DNA of 63,360 nucleotides, filler included, from Choristocarpus tenellus KU-1152 (lineage: Eukaryota > Protista > Phaeophyceae): assembly GCA_964200185.2 (NCBI GenBank). It is 10 parts of 10 records of this genome, joined end to end, with 100 filler letters (N's around TTAATTAATTAA, not from the genome) between each part and the next. Parts side by side here need not be neighbours in the genome. Positions count along the whole stretch, not along the records: positions 49,656 to 55,807 come from CAXNAD020008814.1; positions 55,908 to 60,351 come from CAXNAD020014528.1; positions 60,452 to 63,360 come from CAXNAD020023728.1; 7 more parts are not named here. One strand, 5' to 3'. A program made the translations under genes and the position numbers. The notes beneath the pieces are model-generated. The model ran no database searches. It was given only the letters and a program-made list of their open reading frames with translations, and had not been told where the DNA came from. This document shows, piece after piece, positions 51,125 to 63,284 of this stretch (its first letter is position 1; every line of letters begins with the position of its first letter).

Positions 51125-51722
51125 TGGTATGTGTGATTGAGATATGTAGAGTAGGGATTATGTGTGCGAGATTAGTGTACCTTATAATGTCACAGCGAAA
51201 CTGGTGACGATAAGGATTGTTGAAGTGTATGCAGGGTCAAAGTATCTGGGGGGGTGGCGACTGTCCATTTGGGGTCAATTTTTTCATGTCGCGATTTTTG
51301 GGTGATTTGGTTCCATACGTTGGATGGATAATGAAAGTGCACTTTTCCTGGTTTTGGTCCAAATGGACACTCTGGTGTAGAGCCCCACCCCCCACCCCCA
51401 GATACTTTAGGTCTGCAGTTAACGGTATGTGTGTAAGACTGGTGGTATACCTTACAATGTCGCACTGAAACTGGTGGAGAGAAGGATTGTTGACGTGTAC
51501 ACAGTTAATGATATGTGTGTGTAAGACTGATGGTATACCTTATAATGTCACACTTCAACTGGTTATGGTATTGACTTGAAATGCATTTAGTTGGCTGAAT
51601 GTATATGAGGTCAGTGGTATACCTTACAATGTCATACTGAAACTGGTGACGGTATGGATTACTGAAATGTGCAGATAGCAGTGTGTATGTAATAACAAGG
51701 GTACACCTTTTAATGTCACATC
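51125..51722. repeat. ~85-bp degenerate minisatellite (5 units) interrupted by a MITE
   Basis: CCTTA(C/T)AATGTC recurs at ~51180, 51450, 51538, 51622 and 51706. Confidence 0.8.
51234..51413. mobile_element. MITE family B, full length (180 bp)
   Basis: GGGTCAAAGTATCTGGGGG ... CCCCCAGATACTTTAGGTC; TSD tgca/tgca; the empty site is visible in the neighbouring repeat unit. Confidence 0.9.
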
Positions 51723-51835
51723 AATCCACTGATCCCCCCCCAAATACTAATTGGGTGGGAATCTCTGATTTGGCCTCGGAGTTGTTGGTCTAATGAATAC
51801 TTGACTAATTTTGGTACTGTGGTCCCAGTGCGTCT

Positions 51836-52369
51836 TGTAACTGTAATACAAACTTGGTATCATGTAACTGCAGTACAAACGTAGTATCGTGTAACTGTAA
51901 TACAAACGTAGTATCATGTAACTGCAGTACAAACGTATTATCGTGTAACTGTAATACAAACGTAGTATCATGTAACTGTAATACAAACTTGGTATCATGT
52001 AACTGCAGTACAAACGTAGTATCGTGTAACTGTAATACAAACGTAGTATCGTGTAACTGTAGTACAAACGTAGTATCATGTAACTGCAGTACAAACGTAG
52101 TATCGTGTAACTGCAGTACAAACGTAGTATCGTGTAACTGTATAAAAAATACAAACGTAGTATCATGTAACTGCAGTACAAACGTAGTATCGTGTAACTG
52201 CAGTACAAACGTAGTATCGTGTAACTGCAGTACAAACGTAGTATCGTGTAACTGCAGTACAAACGTAGTATCGTGTAACTGCAGTACAAACGTAGTATCA
52301 TGTAACTGCAGTACAAACGTAGTATCGTGTAACTGCAGTACAAACGTAGTATCATGTAACTGTAATACA
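51836..52369. repeat. 30-bp tandem minisatellite (~17 units)
   Basis: Unit TGTAACTG(C/T)A(G/A)TACAAACGTAGTATC(A/G), head to tail with no spacers. Confidence 0.95.
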
Positions 52370-54449
52370 TAGTATGTTCTAAGTTTAAGACTTGTGCTGC
52401 CAGGTTGTACGGTTGTAGGTGAGAGGTTGTTGAACATAGGGTACTGTAGGTGACACATTCTTCTACTTGTGCTGGAAAAAAACGTTTTGTGGAATGATGT
52501 CACATCTGATCCTCCGTTAATAGTATTTAATTCCTTAGTGGGATATTAGTGGGTGGTTAGTGTAAGGGAACAGAGATAGAGAGGACGGGATAAAGGAAAA
52601 ATGAAAAGGGAGAAGGGGAGGGCTGGGGGGGGGGCAACGGGGAATCCCTACCATGTCTTAGGGAAACTTTGTGTTGGGTTTCTTTTGAGTTAGGAGGACA
52701 GTTGGCAAAGGTGTTCTTGCCAAGGTTTAACTTTGAGGGGTGCAATAGTGGTGGGTTGATGGATGGTATTAGCACACAGGTTGAGTAGTGGTGTAATTAT
52801 ATGATGGTCATAAATTAGAGGACAGTGGTAGTTAGAACGATTTGGGGAGCAGGGAGAGGACTTGTGAGTGTTTTGAGTCACTGCCATGTACTCCTCTGCT
52901 ATATTGCTTGTTTATTTTGGTTTTTTCTATCATTTTTTTTTTTTAGCGAGAGTGTGGATGCTTGTTTTTCTATGTTTGTATATTTTTACATGCTGTTGAA
53001 GTATGATTGGGTTGGAAACAAGTGCACTATTGGTGTTGTGTTGATGTATGTTTGAAGCATGCTTCTTGGACGGGTTTGTATTTTTTGGAGGCGGGAAATG
53101 TTATGTATGTTGGGTTTCTTCTTGGTCGAAGGGTTAACACACAGCACAACACATTACACAACACACAACATAACACGCACATAAATGTATCTATTTTTTT
53201 GTTTCTTAAAAAAAAAATGTTTTGGGGTGTGAGGAGTACCGTATTTGGTAAAGCCCTTCAGAAAGGTGCTTGAGAGACGAAAATTCACGATGACAGCATA
53301 ATAAAATAAAAATAGTAAGTACCTCTACTGTTGTTCGCCTTCTATTGCGTAGATGTGCTTTGGAGTACAAGGCAAGAATCAAATCATACTTTGGTGTTTC
53401 CTCTTTAGGAAAGCCTTCTTACCTGCACAAGTTAACATCCCCCCCCCCCCCCCCCTTTGTTCCCCCTAATTTTCCCCCCCCCCCCCCCCTACCTTTTGTT
53501 TGTTTTTTTTTTTTTTAACTTTNNNNNNNNNNATTAACCCTCCCCCCCCCCCTTTTAGAGTCCTTGATGTCCCTCCCCTGCACTCCCGTTCTATTGTATG
53601 CTTTTTTCTTAATGAACATACACACATAATGTGTGTATTTGTCTATGTTAATGCTGCTGGATGGAATGCCTCTTTATTGCTAAGGTACACACATTACTTC
53701 TACACTGTACTCAAGGCCAATTTCACTTTTCCCAGCTGGTGAGAGGATGCTTCCAGGTGGAGGGGGGGTGAATGGGAGGTCCTAATACCCTTGTAGGCAT
53801 GTAGCACAGTTTCTTAGGTTGGGTGTGTGTAACCATGCTCTATTTTTGTGTTTAATTTTACTTCACACAATTTTTGTATAAACTGCAATATATTAATTTT
53901 CTAGCATGTTACAACATATGGATTTGTTTTTTACCATTTTGGTATTTTTTAAAATCTTTTCGTGGTGAGTCACATCTCAAACCTTTTTTTAAGAGAACTG
54001 GATGCTCTGTTGGGTGTATGTAGTCTGCTACCTCTCTCTCTCTCTCTCTCTCTCTCTGTATGGCAAGACATGAGATAGATCTGTAAGTTGAATTTCCAGA
54101 GATACCTTTTTTTCGGAACTTTTGAACAGATAATAAAAATAATAACATTAAATTTAATAATAGTAGTAGTATTAATAGCAGTATTAATAATCTTACCAAG
54201 ACAAATAAGAAAAAAAAAACTCGTTGACATGCACACACACACACATATGTATGTATTTGTGGAGAAGGATGTTTTTCATTGCTGGAAACGATTGGATGCG
54301 TTATTGTTCTCGAAAGGTGAGAAAATTTGGGAGTTCCAATTTTGTGTGGTTCGTGTGTGTGAGTGGTGCCGATATGTAGTGATGGGGGGGTATTGGAAAG
54401 ACTGTGAGGTTAGTGATGTATTTATTTATTTTTTCAGTGTTGGGAGAGT

Positions 54450-54592
54450 CTGAGAGCAATGCAGACGATTCTATTGACTGAGTTTGACAATACAGACGAT
54501 TCCATTGACTGAGTGTGACAATACAGACGATTCTATTAGCTGAGTTTGACAATACAGACGATTCCATTGGCTGAGTGTGACAATACAGACAA
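54450..54592. repeat. 31-bp tandem repeat (~4.5 units) with alternating variants
   Basis: CTGAGT(T/G)TGACAATACAGACGATTC(C/T)ATTGA; the variants alternate, forming a 62-bp dimer. Confidence 0.9.
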
Positions 54593-56288
54593 TTTAGTTG
54601 GTATTAAAAAAAAAGCAGGAATCGTACTGTGTTCGTGCTGTTGTGTCAACCATGGCATATGGTTAGGGGGATGAAACCGCCTTATTATACATGCTGAGTA
54701 CTTGAGTACTTGAGGCGTTGTATATGTGTGTGTGTGTGTTGTATGTTTGTGTGTGTACTGATGCCAAAGGGGACATTTGGAGATGGGACTATCATTCTAG
54801 CAATGGGTTTCACAGCATCTGTACTTCAGTTTTTTTATTTCAGGTCCCAATCCAAATCCATCACCAAGAGTATGATGATCTGTGGTAACAGCAAAGGTCT
54901 GTCTCATGATGATATGTTGGTTTGCTCTCTGTCTCATGGCGATGTCCACAAATTATCCTACCATGGAGAGAGGAGGGTGGTTACGGCTGAAATTGTACTT
55001 AGATTTGTGAGAGAACCTTCTTTTTTGTTTTTTTTATTACTAACTTATTGCTGTGTCCTTTCACTTCAAAACTCCATTTCGGTATTGAGATACGCCTCCA
55101 TCCAAAGGGTCTCATCTACCGCAGTTACACAGGAACCCCCCCCCCCAAAAAAAGAAGAGAACTTTAGACACATGGATGTTCAGCTTGGAAAAGGGAGATC
55201 AGGGCACAAGAAGTGGAAAGGGTCGTGTGATAACCCCTTCTAGAACACATGAAGTGGAAAGGATTGTGTGATGATTCAAATAAAGGCTAACACCTCCTAA
55301 CCCTAACCCTAACCCTTTTAGAGCGCTTCGACACTATAATATCACATTTTTTTTTAGTTCTTACCACCATGGTTATGTGCTCCAAAACACTTTAGTCCCT
55401 CTGTTGAGATGGGTTTGGTAAGCTTTATCAGGCGGTTTTGCCTCTGGAAGAAAAAAAGTATTGTACATGCGTGAAAGCACCTCATAAGGGGATTGGTCGC
55501 AGCAGGCTTGGGTCACGTTCTGCACTACAATGTGAAGGGGTTTTTTGCAAGACTCCCCAAGGAGGAGTCGGTAAAGGGTTGATACCATTTGTTGCCTGCC
55601 CTGTAAACTGTTTAAATCGGAGTAAGAAAGGTGAAATCAATACTAGTTCAATACTGTGGGATGTGTTTCCCACCCACCCATGCCACCCCCCTACACCATT
55701 GCAGTTTCACAAGGCTAAACGAAAACTATTTTTGGTGACCACTTTTTTGTCAACGCCTCCCCCAATGTATCAACCCCTCCTAACCCTAACTCTCTCTCTC
55801 CCTATCCNNNNNNNNNNNNNNNNNNNNNNNNNNNNNNNNNNNNNNNNNNNNTTAATTAATTAANNNNNNNNNNNNNNNNNNNNNNNNNNNNNNNNNNNNN
55901 NNNNNNNGTTTTGCTCATACTGTAGAGATCAAAGAGTTAACTACTCCAAAGTACCCAGTAACAAGAAAGGTTTTGTCATCTGTTGTCTGATTTTGTGAAC
56001 CCATGAAGATGAAGAACCCACATCAATCTATGTGGGCTATCCGTTTTGTAATTTTGTCGGGCAGTTAACTACCTGGAGTCATGTTGTTCATGGCAACGAA
56101 AAATAGATAGAACATACCCATTTTGAAACGTTCGCCAGGGCAGTTTTGCAACACTACCAAACAAACAGACTTTGAATTTGAATGCCATATATGTTTCGCA
56201 CTACAGAGACAATTCTCATCTTTCTCTTGTTCTCTTTCAGGGAAGGGGAGTCTAAGATATTCTCTGCCTGGAACTCTTCTATGACCTT

Positions 56289-56469
56289 GGCTCAAAGTAT
56301 GTGGAGGGGGGGTGGCGACTGCCTATTTGGGGCCAATTGTTTCATGTCGCGTTTTTTGAGTGATTTGGTTCCGTACGTCTGATGGATAATGTAAGCGCAC
56401 GTTTCCTGCTTTTTGCCGAAAGGGACACCCTGGTGTAGATCCCTCCCCCCCCCCGAGATACTTTGGATC
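56289..56469. mobile_element. MITE family B, full length
   Basis: GGCTCAAAGTATGTGGAGGGG ... CCCGAGATACTTTGGATC; flanked by ctt/ctt. Confidence 0.85.
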
Positions 56470-57812
56470 CTTCTCTTCAACCTCTGTTAACACAATCATC
56501 CTTCCTTTCATACAAACACTGTTAGGAGAAGAAACAAAGATTACAATTTTATGCTATGCTTGCTTGTGTTGTTGTGTTGTTGCGTTGTTACTACTACTGT
56601 GATTAGGGCATGATTTTAGCAACCACTAGAACAGGTGAAAGGTGATACTTCATACCAGAGGACAGGTATATCATTCTGTGTAATCTGGACTAATTTGCAA
56701 TAATTCCTAAAACGATCGTCCCCTCATTGCAAACAAATACAGCAATGTGATCAAGTTTGCGAAGTAAGTGAGCAAATGGGAGTTAGCTAAAAAAATCTCC
56801 TCTGGCAGGGCCCCTCACATGCTGGGGGGGTTACTTTCTTGTGGCTTTACCGTTTGCTGTCCACGTGTTTTATGACCCAAGCTACATCGCAAGTAGTAAC
56901 CGAGAACTGAACCAATCATAGCTGCATATCAAAATCTTCTCAGCGCACACCTCAAAAAAAGAGGGAATTGCTGTTTTTTTCATGAACTAAGAGCTACCGG
57001 GCCAATTATATCTTGGACAAAAATGTCACCTAAACCAGTTTTATGCCAAGACTCCAGTTCTAAACAAATACAAAGAGTAAGGAATTGCTTTTACAATTTC
57101 AACATATGCCTAAACGTCTCCCTTTCTCTGAACAACAAATGGTTGCATATTGACAAATAATAGGAGGATATTACCACCATATCTATGCTCAAATATTTTA
57201 TATAAACGAATATGCCCAACTACATAAACAGTGATGAGCACGAAATCTAACGATTACAGTGTACAGGGGGAAGGGCATTAGGTGGAAGGGGTTACTGTAC
57301 CAAGCTGTGGGAACGACAAAACCAATCAAATTGATGGAACTACTTCAAGACATGTTTTTCCTCGAGTAGATAACCTCGATCATCACCACCAGAAAAACGT
57401 GAACATGAATAAAAAAACCTCCCAGAGCACTTCCCTCAATCATGATCTTCCATGATACAACCACGGGTGCGTTGACAGATGAACAAGGCACATGTATGAA
57501 TACACCAAGGTCCAGGTAATCACCCCGCACTAAACAAGTGTGTAGGTTTGACAGGGATAGATCGTGTCTTTCGCTTAACATTTGGCATAACAAAATATAA
57601 ATCCCAACCATTTGAAGACACCACTCCCTCAACATTATTTGAAGTTGACATAAATCTCCCCCCAACTCAAGAACCATAATCACTAAAAAAGAAAAAGTGA
57701 TGACAGCAGGTATATGTGGATGCACATATATTGAACTCTTCAGTATATCAGAAGGACTGTAGGGGAGAACATCTACACCAATACATTCTGCCTTCTCCTC
57801 CTGTTCCCTCAC

Positions 57813-59587
57813 CTTCGGATGTCACAGTCCCCAAAACCACGAGTCGGCTCCAGCACACCAAAGAGCCGCTCCTTCTCAAAGTATCCCCCAGCCTTCTCCA
57901 CACGGGCACGTTCAGCAGGATTGCAGTAAGAGTGGACCTGACGTCATAGTCATATACCCGACGATTGCCCCATGGTCGACAGATATTAGTAAAAACGCGA
58001 ACACAAAACGGCACAGGGGACATAAAGAATGGGCAGGAATCAAAGATGAACTCATATCAATGCTGGAGGTGGGAAGGCATATTAGGGAGGTATGCAGATT
58101 GACCTGATCAAACAACTATCAAGCCTTCACAATAAAGATGTCTTCACTGGCATACCTCTTCTACTCCTGTCCGCCTACCTTAGTATGCACAATCTTGGGG
58201 CCCCCGTCATCCTCAATGTCTCCGTCATTATAATACATGGCTCCCGAGTCCCCTATGTTGGCAATGACAAGCCAGTCGCTGCAAATGAGTGCGACAAGGG
58301 CCGTAGACCCACTGTCCCCTTCCAGTTCTTTTTCTCGCTCTTCGAAAGCGAGTTCCGTCATACGAAAACCGTCTTCCAATGCCTGAACCATCACTGACTT
58401 TAGAAGCTCTCGGCGAGTCTCAGCGATGGAAGGTGACTCTGTAGGCATTGGATCCGCATCATCTCTACCATCTTCATCATCAGTATCAGCGAAGTAATCA
58501 TATATGTCATTGTCACCATCACCGTACGCAGATCCGCCGTGACTGTCATCAAAGACAGCGAGCTGCCCCCAGGCAGGGCTGCGTGCAACTTCCAGGGTAA
58601 TCACATCCGCAGCAAAGTTGCTGCAGGCACGGCCCCCGTGTCCGTCGAAAACTGCAAACAATCCGACCTTTCCCAGAGATGTCGGCCGTTGGGCCACACC
58701 TTCCCCAAACAGGTCATGAGTTACTTTGAAGGCATCCTCGTTCCACGATTCAAAGTGCTTTAGGCCTCGGATGGATCGCGTGCTCACTGTCCAACAATCG
58801 ACATCCCAAGGCCTCGGGTCACTCTCCGAATGATGATTTCTTCCCATTGTCGAACCTTTCCGGGAAATCCTCGCTGGACTTACCATTGAGCTCAACCTTC
58901 TCGCCACGCTCCCTACGCTTCTCACAGGGCTTGCATACAACCACTTAGAGAGAGAAGTCGAGGACGTATTGCTCGGTAGCGACGAGGAGATAACCCCATC
59001 TTGATATGATGTGTTCGTTGTTTCGTTCATGTCGAGCGAGGTATCCACCATAGCACAGGTATGTGTAGGTGTTACACAATCCATATCGCCTACCTGCAAG
59101 ATCATGGAGGGCGACAGCGGCAATAGTTACAGACAGAGGGAGATTTCAATTTTAGGGAAAACACGTAATTGGAAATATGGGGTCGAGCACAACATGAACA
59201 TCCCTTCCTCACGTCCTGACCCGTCACCGCTGGAGGCGCTGAAGATCTCAATAATCAAGCAACTTCGTACGATGTGGTTGAGGAAGACAGCCTTGGAAGG
59301 TTGGTTCGACAGTACGAAGGAGGGGGGCTTAGGGTACAATCAGGTAAGGGGAACAGGTGATGAAGGTTGGAGGAGAAAACAAGGGAAGGAGAAGTCACAA
59401 ATCTCCACGCTGAAGACAGGTTGGAGTTAATCTTGTCGGGGAATATTGGTGGGTGGTGCTTTAGTTTTCCATTTGTTTCTCAGATCTCAAACCTCGACTC
59501 AAGATACCGAACCTGTATCTGAGGACCTTCATCTATCTCCAACACAAATGTCGGCTCGATATATCCCAATTGCTGTTTCCCCTCCAT
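57813..59587 (-). CDS. PP2C/PPM-family Ser/Thr phosphatase, 5' part
   Basis: Exons 59587-59513 (probable first), 59093-58179 and 57937-57813. Motifs NEDA, FAVFDGHGG, SGSTA, IANIGDS, H....ERARVEKAGG and RLFGVLEPTRGFGD. The 3' exons (ATDG, DN motifs) were not located. Confidence 0.9.
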
Positions 59588-60857
59588 TGAAGAGTAAGCT
59601 TGTGGAATAAGATCTTGTGTTGATCTTTCCAGGAAAAATTAGTTCCTACACCTCAGGTTACGTACACACATTAGTATTGTTGTCTCTATAGGACGAAGAC
59701 ACGTAGAGTGATAAGTTAGGTTGTGGTTGCTGCATCATGTTTTTACTTGCTACTAATATATATATTTCTTACGAGATTTGGATCCTCAATTTATTGGCTC
59801 ATTTGGCCGTTGAAGATGTGGGTTTTGAAAGTATCCTTGAAATTTCAATTGTTCCAATGAATTTTGTGGTGGCAAGTTGTGAGGTGTCAGTAACATTTCG
59901 AGTGTTTTTTGTCGTTCCTCTTGTTGTCGACTAGTATGAAACTTCAATTAATGCGCGCATTAAGAATTCCGAAGTCGAATTATCGATAGGCTATAAAATC
60001 ATTTTGAAATCATTTACAATATAATAAATTAAACATATATTTACATTTACACACGTAAGCCTTCATATTACTAGTTTAAGTGTTTTTTGATTGGTGTCAT
60101 GTTTTTTTTATTGGATCGCACCCCACACTCCATACACAATATAAAATATGAAAAATAAGGCGTTTTCACAAGTTAGATTTATGAAAAACTTTGGTGCGTC
60201 TAGAGTGTTGAAGAAATAAATCTAGAATTATATAATAATCACCTAACTTTCATTCACTCACCTTAACTAAAACGTAATTCTGTGGAAAGCATGTTTGTCT
60301 GTTATTATACCGTTATTGCCGTATGCCATATACCGTTATACCGTGGTACCGNNNNNNNNNNNNNNNNNNNNNNNNNNNNNNNNNNNNNNNNNNNNTTAAT
60401 TAATTAANNNNNNNNNNNNNNNNNNNNNNNNNNNNNNNNNNNNNNNNNNNNGGGGGTGGAGGGGTGTTGAGGGAGGGGGGGCAGAGTACGGCGATTCATG
60501 AATGTTCGTGATTTGGAGGTAATATCGTCCGAAGAAGGTGGTGCAAAAACGGCAACCTTATTGTGGCAAAAAGTCGAACACACTACCGATGCAATACTTA
60601 CCTTTAAGGCCCACATTTTTGTACACGACGTATTTGGGTGCCGCATTAGGTAGGTTAGGACTCGGGAATAAAAATAAATAGTCTTTTCTGCATGCTGGTA
60701 ACTAAACTCTGCCGTTCGATCTTCACAAAATACTTAAGTTAGCGCATTCTACACCAGATTCACCTCGATCTGGTAGCCGAAGTCTGTTGCCACCGTCTTC
60801 GCAACGAAAATGGTCGCCTCATCGCGTCCCATCGTATTTCCCTGAGGATGGACGACC

Positions 60858-62885
60858 TCAGGAAAACATCGATGCGTCTCCGTTGGGACGAGGGTCTGCC
60901 CCAAGGCTTCCTTCTGGCAGGCAGGAAGGGTCTATCACGCATTCTTGAGCGAGAGACGTGGATACCTGCAGCATCATGTGTGTATATGTGATAGCCCAAC
61001 AATGTGGCAGTGAAGTGGGTTAGCCATGCGATAAGGTTTTGTCACATATGTATGGGTTATTCCGGTGTTGGTTAAAGATGTTGTGGTGTACTGGAGCACG
61101 TTTGTTTTTTGTTCATGCGGGGATGGAGGACATTACGATGTACCGACGATCACAGCAAAGTCTTGGGGACTCGCGATTTCCAGCGGTGGTGTGAGTAACT
61201 GCATGCACTCTATTGGCAACGTGTAAACATCTACAAGGAAACATCTCGAGTACAATTGCACGCCCGAGACCTATCCATAGGGAACGTAGGCAAACAACAA
61301 GTTGGAAAGCAATGGAAAAAAAAAGCCAGCACATCCTTCTTACCTTCCACTTGCCGTCCTCGTAGGCTTGGCCGAAGGACGTGTCCATCTTCTCTTTCAC
61401 CTCGTCCTTTGATGCCGTGTTGGACACAAACACCTCCACCCTCCTGCTCTGTTCAAGGGCCGCCTCCACCACATTGTGCCTCTCTGCGCTGCAGGAGACG
61501 ACGGTGTCCCCAGCATTCGTGTACCTATCGTAGGAGGGTAGTTCGTAAATTAGCCCTAACGTGGTATATTGTATTGCACATGAGTTCATCATTTCGCAGT
61601 GTATGAGTAACGTTCCGATACAGGGCAACACACTCTTGGTGCGTTTTGATGCTTAACGTACTGATTCGGGAAACAACTCGTGGGATGGATTGACGCCCCT
61701 GAACCGTCACCCTGCTCGTTCTGTTACTGTTTAACGATGTCCTACACCTTCTAAAAAAAAAGTCGCTGCTTCTGTGAAGAAGGATGTGTGTGACGTTATC
61801 AACGAACCTGTTAACGAGGAAGTGGAGGGCCCTCATGGGGATGTCCGAGGCAGCACCTTCGTATTTGACGTCCATCATGGTTCGGAGTACCGGAGGAGAT
61901 GCATCACGCCCGTGGCCAAAGATGTCGTCGACGGTGACTCGCTTATTGCATGTGAACATTGTCCCATCGTTGTGTGCGAGAAGAATCATGTCCTGACAAC
62001 ATCTGAGATGGTTATCTGTGCCTAATTGAGGGCGCCCTCCCCTCCTCGTCTTGTATATTAGGGTTAGGGGATGATCCTCCACAATCAAGCCCACTTTCGA
62101 TGCAGTAAGAGCCTCTGAATGAAGAGAAGGCGGGAGCGAGCGTGTGGGTCCGGCATGCGTCAAACTTGACAGTGACATCACACAAGTAGTTATCCTAGGG
62201 ATTAATGAGATCTCATACCACTAACATTATAATAGTACAATGAGTGTGGAACGCAAGGCAAATAACCAATGCAAAAATGGCAAACAATAGGAAATTAAGT
62301 AATAATAGAAGTAAATATGGCAAAAACAACGTAGTGGAGATGAGTAACGCCAGCATGTGATTCGCGGACAATGAAACAAAGAAGTGCGTAGTTGCCAGGG
62401 GGAAAGAAGCAAGCGACACAAAAGGAAGTAGAAGGTACGAAGGACATGAAACATTGTGAGGAAAGTGAAAAATATAGGAATACACACGACCTAATCCGCA
62501 TCTCCTGAACGGTCGAACAATATTCGATCGGCACACGGACGGAATGATAACGGCCATGGTGGATTGCAATATTCTCCCGCAATACACCCCGTATTTCAGC
62601 GCTGGCGAACTCTGCAACTCACCGTGTAGGCGGTGTGCTTGCGCGGCCCATGGGTGGAGCACAAATAGCGTGATGGTGCCCTGAGGATGCATCTTAGGCC
62701 GCAAGCACTGAAGCATCTCGTGCAGGTGTGTGTTGGTCGCCTCTTCGTCAATGAGGAGTCTTGGCTCTGCGGCAATGGACACTATGGCGAGCTTTGGCGC
62801 ATTGCGGAAGGCGAAATCACCAAGTTTGTCTAAGGATATCGTGGGGTTGAGAGGGTGAAGGTCGTGTAGTGCAGTGTTCTCACTC
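60858..62885 (-). CDS. Intron-containing gene resembling a degenerate beta-class N4-cytosine/N6-adenine DNA methyltransferase fold (5' end not resolved)
   Basis: Phase-consistent exons 62885-62623, 62021-61808, 61524-61344 and 60965-60858. The protein has KLAIVSIAAEP, MLQCLRPKMHPQGTITLF, QDMILLAH and PMRALHFLVNRYTNAGDTVVSCSAERHNVVEAALEQSRRVEVF. Confidence 0.55.
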
Positions 62886-63284
62886 CTGCTTGGATATCAT
62901 GACACATGACACAGTAGACAGACAGCACGACAAGAAGGACGGCATAGTAAGCTACGGTGCAGGCAATCTTTTCATTAAGTGAGTTTCTGATGATATTTCC
63001 CCGGCATCTCCAAAATGTCAGGCCGTACCCTCCACAACGCCAGACTCATCAGATACATCTCGTGGAAGGAGGGTAGAAGTCAAAACACTAAGTTCCATGG
63101 CCCACGGAACCCTCCAAAACAGCGACACATCCAAGGTACAAAGGACGAGCAATCCACATGATGTACAAGCAGCCAAGACCTAAGTGCAAACCAACGCGAA
63201 AACAAACACGCAGAGACGACTTGTGTGTCTGTATAATGTGCAACCACGCCGAGACTCACATGCACTTCTCCATGTCGGCCGTTT

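Noticed and set aside
51836-52369. Possible CRISPR array
   Set aside because: Units are contiguous with no unique spacers, no cas genes are seen, and the context is eukaryotic.
54450-54592. Possible CRISPR array (31-bp repeats)
   Set aside because: Head-to-tail tandem repeat without spacers.
55908-57812. 3' exons of PP2C
   Set aside because: No convincing EPD/ATDG/DN-coding exon found; the ORFs here look non-coding or TE-derived.
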